The notes under the pieces are model-generated. The model ran no database searches, was not told where the DNA came from, and worked only from the letters and a program-made list of their open reading frames with translations. 64,000 nt of DNA from Pavona decussata. Lineage: Eukaryota. Position 1 is the first letter of the stretch. The number at the start of each line of letters is the position of its first letter. The translations under genes were made by a program, and so were the position numbers. Of the stretch, positions 25,622 through 64,000 are shown in pieces. The DNA lies in NCBI GenBank assembly GCA_977016875.1, contig CDRNST010000123.1, forward strand, positions 4,092,001-4,156,000, in the 5' to 3' direction.

Positions 25622-26879
25622 TACATTAAATTAAATTTACTCTGCTTTTACAATGTGCCTTGTTTCATGGCATTTTCACTTTGACGTATCAAGTGAGTTT
25701 TGATGTCTTTAAAGTTTTTGAGAACTTTTACATAGTTTCCTATCAAAATGCAAGGAGGACAGTCATTTTCATTTATAGTTGTCAAAAACCAATAATGTAT
25801 TACCAATCACTGTTAAGGTGAGTTGGCATTGTACAACATGCAATACTTTAGTCTTACACTGTAAATGGATTTTTCTGCTCCAATTTTTCTATCTCCATTT
25901 CAACATTCTTTGTCTTCATGTTTTAACATATTTTCAACTTACTGTTGAATCAATAATATTATCAATAATAATACAATAATATTACTAAATTACCAAGACA
26001 TCTAACAGAAGATAAATTATTTGCAAAACAAAAAAACAAACAAATAATGACATTTATTTAATGTAAAATTTGCCAGATAGTCCCATTACTGATGCATTTG
26101 CTGCTAATCAAGGATGTCTAAGAAAATTTAGCTAAAGCGTTCATCGTATTTTAATTCTCGTAGAAATGCACATGCTCAATGCCATAAAATTTGAAACATA
26201 CTGTACATGTAAATTGAAGTCATACTTTTATGAGCAGTTTTATGGGCAAATTGTAATCATGTCACTGGTTTTTAGACTTAGAGTAGCTCTTTTATAATTT
26301 AAAGATTTCCATTTAGTGCTTACTTTGCTTGAAATAATTAATTGCTAAGTAATATATTGTGATTTGGGTATTTTTACTTGACATGTTCATAAGGGTATTT
26401 ATTGTCTTTTTTATTCAACTTAAAAACTTTAAAGAGGTAAAATTATGATATATCTTGTGCTGGCACCCAGTTAGCCTGATTCTCAGACATCCGAGGTCAT
26501 TTGCCCGCCTCTCCCTTCTCTAAGAAAAGCGAGGGGCCCGCGAATGGCCTTGGACGTCTGGGTTAGCACCCAGTCTGCAAGAATAAAATCATTGAACAAA
26601 ACTTTTTGGACTAGTAATGATTTTCGAAATAAAAAATGTTATTAACATTAAAATTAAAATGATCTCAGTGTGGAATTCTTTTTTGTATGTTGCAAGTTGC
26701 CACCAATGACATGTGAGTAGGAAGTATAAAATAGTGCTTAAAAGCAAATTGTCTTGCTTATAACCATTTCACTTTTACCCAACTGAAAAAAATTGTTATG
26801 ATGACAAAAGTTGCTGAAACCATTGCTTGTAACCCCCATTTCCATGTGTAAAAGTAATTATTAAGTAATTTAATATTAA

Positions 26880-27142
26880 TGTCAATAATATGGAGAGTGC
26901 TTACACAATCTCCTGAGCCAGAGGCTCATGATAAAGTGCTTGATAATAATCCTGATCGAATTGGAATGTGGAAATGTTGATTTTTGAGTAGAGGGGAAAC
27001 CTAGCGTACCGCGAAAAAAACCTCTCAGAGTAAGGACGAGAACCAACAACAAACTCAACCCATATGACGCCAAGTCTGGGAATAGAACCCAGGCCACATT
27101 GGTGGGAGGTGCGTGTTTTCACCACCGTGTCATCCTGCTCCC
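26880..27142 (-). mobile_element. tRNA-derived SINE
   Basis: The reverse strand reads GGGAGCAGGATGACACGGTGGTGA..CCTCCCACCAATGTGGCCTGGGTTCTATTCCC..GTTGAGTTTGTTGTTGGTTCTC. A partial copy lies at 4380-4483. Confidence 0.7.
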
Positions 27143-30100
27143 GCGGTATGTGCAAGTATGCCCAAGATCTTTGCAGTCCATTTAGCAAAACATGGGGAAT
27201 TAAACATTATTTAGCAGCAATGCACTTCATAAATGTGCAGTACACAAAAATACATACAGATGTACATTGATCAACATTACTAAGAACAACACATACAGCA
27301 ACACCCGTCGGGTAATTGCCACCATTTGGTCAAAATATGACAAGTACAGAAAGCTACATTTTCGACAATAATAATTTACACTTTTATTTCATTTTATTCT
27401 TTTTTTTTTTTGACATTGAAGTTATTGAAAAAGGTCTGTTTGTCACTAATAATATTATCAGAAGGTTGTAGAAAGGTGTTTTTACAAGATGTAGATTACC
27501 CTATCATATGCATGCACTAGGGGTTTTCACACAATTGCCCTTAGTGGCTGGGAATGATGTGAGATGATTGTATTTGCAAGCTAAGATTGCCCCTCTCTCC
27601 GCAGTGAAACTTGCACTGCTTAATAACTGTGAGTCATGCTTCTTCCTCATTTACTTTTAATGAGAAAAATTAATGAGAATTGAAGTGATTGTGATGCACA
27701 TGGCCATCACCTGTCAGTATTTATGTATTTATATTTATTTATTCTATGTACTGACTGGACACAAAAATTGACAGTTTAATTAATTTGATCTGCAGTCAAG
27801 CCCCTCCCCTCCCTGACTGCTTATGCCTAGAAAAGATGAAAGAAAGTAAACTTCTATTGACATAAGAAAGAACGCCACACTTTATGTAGTTAAGGTTCTC
27901 AATATGAGATGAAGATCACAGATCACCCTTGTTATCTACAATCATGTTACAGTATTTGTAATAGATCACCCCAATAAAATGTTTGAATTCTCAGTCTATT
28001 TTGAAAAAGTGGGTAAGTATAAAAAGTTATTAGTATAGTTTACATTGCGTGTCTCCTTTCCTTGTGATAACATCATGTGGCAAAAAAATTCAGTGGTAAG
28101 CAAGACAATGATTCAGGCTCGAACATTTCTAATTAATATTTATTTTGATTTTTTCCACGTCAAGTGCGGCAATGAGAAAGAAAACATTTATTGGGATGGT
28201 AATAGTTTTCAAGAAAGATATATAAATTTTTTACAGGTCAAGGCTATTTACGGTACAGCAATTTGCGGTAAGCTTAAAGTCAGAATAATAATTATTTGAA
28301 CTCGCAAGCCTTTTTATTTTTTCGAACAGATAGAAGAGAAGAAGGTTTTAATACAGGCAAACCCTGTTTTTACGGGTACTGTTGGGACCAGAAAAAGTGC
28401 CCGTATTACAGACTGTCCTTATTAAGTGGGTTAATTTTAAGGAAAATGTGTCGAGCGGGACCAAGAAAACTGTCCATAATACTGAGCGTATTAAGCGGGT
28501 GTCCGTAAAGCAGGGTTTCACAGTAGTGGAAATCAATGAAGTGAATGAAATGATCAGAATTTATTGCTATGTATCAGGATCTATTTAAAATCTGATCTAC
28601 AAAATGAAAGTGGTGAATTTGAAGAACTAACAAAGACTGAGTGTAACATCAACACTGGCCAGCATGAGAAATGAGAGCAGTTTGAACAATTCTAAAAAAA
28701 ATAGTTTCAACACAAAAAAAGGAAAAAAAATTCCTCATTGCTAATTGGGATACACACCATAACCTTATCATGATTTAACTGGGCTTTGCTTCACTGAGTT
28801 TTACAGCTCCTGTGGTCACGGATTTGACATTTTTCCACACCAAACCACACCACTATATAATAGTCTAGAAGTAGCTTAAAGCTGCAATTATAGTAACAGT
28901 TTTTTGACCCTTGATTTAAGAACCAGATACTGTCACAGGCTAGTTTCAAATGTACTAACAATTTAACATGGTTACGCTTTTGTATTTATATTATTATTAA
29001 ATTATTGCATCTGCTCTAAAGTGCTGAAGGAAAGCCATGCAGCTCTGCTTCTAAGCGAGCTGTATCATGCAACTATTGCATATTCTCTTAAGCATCAGAA
29101 CTACCTACTGTAGAGATCTTTCTAAATATTAAATAAAGCAAATCCTAGAAATTTAAGCACCCCTGCGTCAGGACTGGAAACCTTTGTTGCATTTCCAAAC
29201 CATAACTTAACTAAAGATATCTTCTTACATCCTCTAAAAGCCTCACTTTTCAGCCCAACAACTAATTAATAGTAAACTATTTAAAATGATTGATGGAATC
29301 TTTATAGTCAGAGAAAATGCAAAAATTTATTTGAAATTATAAACATCCCAGGCACTCATTTGAGGATGTATGTGGTATTTAAATGGGTGGACTCTACATA
29401 ATTTTGAAAACCTGAAGGTACTCAAAACATGTGGAGATTCTAACCTTTTCCCTTCCTGTGCTTCCCTTACTTTATGTGAGCATAATCTAATTCCCTTCCT
29501 CCCTTAATCCCCTTCCTAGCATCTACCACACAGGTTAGTTCAAGTTTGGAAATCTTTGCAAGGATAGTTTACTTTGCAGACGGCACATTTATCAAGTGAA
29601 AATATTTTGTGGGAGTTAATGCTTCAAAGCAGTTTTTCCCTGGGGTATGCTTTGGAGAGGTGTGATAGGAATGGAAGCTACCCCTGTACATGTTATTATG
29701 GTTACATAATCGAACAAGTTATTTTTTGGGGGGGGAGGGGTGGGGGTGTGCAATACCATGATGGTAATGTGAAAAACGAAAAAGGTGAAAAGAAAATGGA
29801 AATAAACATGAAATAGTGAAAAGAAAACATGGCATTGTTGAGGGTGTGAACACTTGTGGCACACTATTTTATAATTCATTCAACAACTCTTTCTTTTTTT
29901 TTTCAAGTTTGACATAGGCAGGGCTGATTTAACAGCACTTTTTTGTTACAAAAACAGAACAAGACACCTATTAGTTAATAGCTATGCAACTAAATCCTAT
30001 CTTTTGCAGAATCACATCTGCAGAAGACTCCCTATTAACAGGTAAGTCATGAATGCCCATCAGCGGTTAGAAGGCACCTATATCTTGACTAACTAGTACA

Positions 30101-30147
30101 AATTAATTGTGTTAATGTGCACTGATAAATTTAGTGTCCAGTTCGTT

Positions 30148-61167
<31,020 letters not shown>

Positions 61168-61609
61168 TCCTGGTCACAGAAATCCCCTAAAGAATATCGA
61201 TTGCTGGTTTCGCGAACAGAAAGACAACTTCCCTTCAAAATTCACCCTCTTTGGAATGAAGAGAAGAAGTGAAACTCCGAACAGTCGAAGAAAAGTACGC
61301 AAAGTCACTGAGTAGGGGAGGGGTGCCACAAGCGCTGCAGAAGAGAGAAACAATATTTTTGCGGTTGGGATAAAAAGAAACAATTTTTCCAGATAAAAAA
61401 ACTCGAAATGTAGAGTATGTTATCAAACAGGTAAATATTTTCACAATTTGAGAGCCCCGACGTACTTTAACATAGCTATTAAAGCCTATCCGCTCCCCCA
61501 GAAGAATGTAAAAAAACTCCCCCTGGGCACTCCCCTGACTTATTACACGCATATCCTTTTAGCATTATATTGCTGATCAGTTGTTACGCGGGCACACCGG
61601 TTTTGAGAG
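61168..61609. promoter_or_regulatory. Putative bidirectional promoter between USP47 and UFSP1
   Basis: The divergent start codons are only 442 bp apart, and the region is relatively CpG-containing. Confidence 0.65.
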
Positions 61610-63854
61610 ATGTTGAGTGACGTGCACGAAGGATTGGAAATTCCCCCTCAAGTCGAAGATTCAGCGATTGTTCGTGGCAGATACGAGTTTTATCATTACA
61701 GCATTGATGGAGTGGATGACAGGGTAGGTAGATAATGTTTTTTTTTTCCTATTTTGGAAAAAAAAGCTGTTTTGATTCATGACTATCAAAATTCTCTAAA
61801 ATCAAGATCAGGTTAATCAAAGCAGAACAAAGATTAAGAAAATAATATATCGAGCCAGACTTATTAATCTAAAGTGCAAGGATCCAATTTTGGGTAAATG
61901 TTTGAATGTGAAGAAAACTGAGAGATTAAAATATAAACATCCATCATCCGATCAAGTTCCCATCCCCACTCCCCCCCCCCCCCCCCCCTTGTCAATGGAC
62001 TTGTCAAGCAGGGCAGAAAGTGGGTTATGGGGAAAGGGTGCCTGTATAAACTAGCTCTTATGGCCACATCCATTTCCAACCTCTCATTTGCTTCTCTTCC
62101 ACTACTGGGTACTTTACGCTCTGTGGCTGCATATTTTTGACGACCCATAGGAAATAAATTATGCATGTTTTCGTTGTAAACCACTGTTCCTCCAGTGCTT
62201 TGCAATTAATTTGTTTCTTGAAGTTCTATTCCTCTCCTGGCAATGCTGAAAGAGATAATTCCTCACACTTGAAACTCTTGACATTGCCCACTCTCAAATA
62301 ACAACTAATTATATTTTTCTGGACACACTGTTACGCAAAACACAAAATAGAGTGAAGTATGGGGGAACAGGGATGGCATAGTGGTGAGCGCACGGTTTGA
62401 CTCCCACCAATGTGACCCGGGTTCAATTTCCAAACTTGGCATCATATGGGGGTGGAGTTTGTTGTTGGTTCAGTTCTGGTCCTTGCTCTTAGAGGTTTTT
62501 CTCCGGGTAGTCCGGTTTTCCCATCTCCTAAAAAAACCAACACTTCTAAATTCCACTTTCGGTCAGTATAAAATGCAGACTGCAGACTGCAGATTGCAGA
62601 CTGCAGACTGGGTATAAAATGCAGACTAGGTATAAAATGCAGACTGCAGACTGCAGACAGAGTATAAAATGCAGACTGAGACCAAAACTTCCTCTTCGTC
62701 AAAATAATATAGGATGCATTTTGAATTTTTCAACTTAACTTACACTAGCGTCATACAATCGCCTTTTGAGATCATTTCCCATGAAATTGACATTATTATA
62801 TTCTTTTCGAAAAGCGTCAACCTTAAATTGAAATGAACAACCCTAAAACATAATGTAAGCAAATTATAACGCGGACACATAACCTTTCCTTCGCACGTGG
62901 TCGACCTCTTCGCCGCTTTGCGTCAACATGATATGGCATCGGTGACATTGGTAAGTGGCAGTAAAATTAATAATGTTTTTTGAATAAAATAGGTGTTCAT
63001 GTATTGCTAGAATACTGAGGGTATACAATGTCTTTGACAGTATTTATTCAAAGAAACTAGTTAAAATCTGTCGATTTCAATTGCTTGCCCCCTTGGAAAT
63101 CAAGTCTGTTTACCTCATTATAACATGAAAACATGGGCGTATTTATAAATTGTTTACGAACTAATGCAAAGCGATTAAACGCGAGTCTTCTTTGTGAAGA
63201 AAGGACCTCAGGAAATAAAAAGCTACCAAATCGAGATAAAGAAAACAAACTGTTGAGAAATGGGTCAAAAATAAGGTCAATTTCGTGCGAGATGATCTCG
63301 GAAATGCGATTGCGTGACACTAGGGTTAGTTGAAAATTGAAAATGTATCCTGTATTTGACGAAGATACGGTTTTAGTCTCAGTCTGCATTTTATACCTAG
63401 TCTGCAGTCTGCAGTCTGCATTTTATACCTAGTCTGCATTTTATACCCAGTCTGCAGTCTGCAATCTGCAGTCTGCAGTCTGCATTTTATACTGACCGAT
63501 TCCACTTTGATCTGGAAAGTGTCCCCAATTAGTTGGTGCTTTGCACTAAATACATTGACACTTAAATAAAGTGATTTATTTATTCATTTATTTAAAATCA
63601 AAAACCCAAATACAAAATTTCAAAATTGCAATTTGTTTCTGTAGGGCTGGGGATGTGGTTACAGGACGCTTCAGACCATTTGCTCTTGGGTGCGTCATGT
63701 TCTGAGGAGCAAAAAAGAGGTTTTGCCAGTACCAAGCCTTCAAGAAATTCAGCAGACCTTGGTGGATATAGGCGACAAACCAGCTTCTTTTGTTGGCTCA
63801 AGGGAATGGATTGGCTGTGTGGAAGCTTGTTTGTGTGTGGATCAGATTTTTGGA
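61610..63854 (+). CDS. UFSP1: UFM1-specific protease 1-like (peptidase C78), 5' part only; the gene continues beyond the window
   Basis: Exon 61610-61723 reads [27 protein letters not shown]. Exon 63645-63854 reads [44 protein letters not shown]. The catalytic Cys box is intact. The long UFSP2 N-terminal domain is absent, and there is no room for it before USP47. Confidence 0.85.
62363..63590 (+). mobile_element. tRNA-derived SINE split by the 62560-63498 insertion
   Basis: A-box-like TGGCATAGTGG, B-box-like GGTTCAATTTCC and an AT-rich tail. The body is similar to the copy at 26880-27142. Confidence 0.7.
62560..63498. mobile_element. Non-autonomous DNA transposon (MULE-like), TIRs of about 130 bp built from TGCAGAC repeats, 10-bp TSD
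   Basis: Ends are CGGTCAGTATAAAATGCAGAC... and ...GTCTGCATTTTATACTGACCG. ATTCCACTTT is duplicated at 62550-62559 and 63499-63508. Confidence 0.85.
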
Positions 63855-64000
63855 GTAGGTTTGTGCATTTTGTGTTGTTCATTTTCTTGAGCACCTGTTA
63901 TGTACCACTGGAATAGAGACCAGCAGTGGTTAATTTCTGACTTCCCTAAATTTAGCCTCCTTAGGCCAGTCACCCAAAACTGCGTTATATCAAATGATTT

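Noticed and set aside
61551-61560. ATATCCTTTT as an AT-AC minor-intron donor upstream of UFSP1
   Set aside because: There is no U12 branch site or suitable AC acceptor before the ATG, and it lies in the promoter gap.
62363-62450. tRNA gene
   Set aside because: It has A/B-box-like motifs but no convincing cloverleaf, and it continues into a SINE body seen elsewhere in the window.
62560-62680. TGCAGAC repeat array as a CRISPR array or coding repeat
   Set aside because: It has no unique spacers and is mirrored at 63378-63498 as a transposon TIR with a TSD.

Overview
AT-rich, intron-rich animal genomic DNA. The repeat families look like those of stony corals or other anthozoan cnidarians; that taxonomic call is inference from recalled repeat motifs. 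Five spliced protein-coding genes were reconstructed by hand with phase-consistent splice sites: (1) a BNIP2/Caytaxin/PRUNE2-type BCH-domain gene with a giant acidic exon (- strand, 277-7838); (2) a stand-alone APH/choline-kinase-superfamily small-molecule kinase (+, about 13419-19897); (3) a DEPDC1/DEPDC7-family gene (+, 21808-25206); (4) a 34-exon USP47 orthologue (-, 30148-61167) with one GC-AG intron; (5) the first two exons of a UFSP1-like UFM1 protease (+, from 61610), head-to-head with USP47. Introns hold many MITEs, SINEs and nested insertions. These include a 4.1-kb Academ-like element containing a decayed hAT transposase, and a 312-bp near-perfect palindrome next to a USP47 splice acceptor. 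No prokaryotic-type system, CRISPR array, rRNA or genuine tRNA was seen. The best novelty candidates are the orphan kinase, the chimeric transposon, the splice-site palindrome and AKAP-like helices in the BCH protein.
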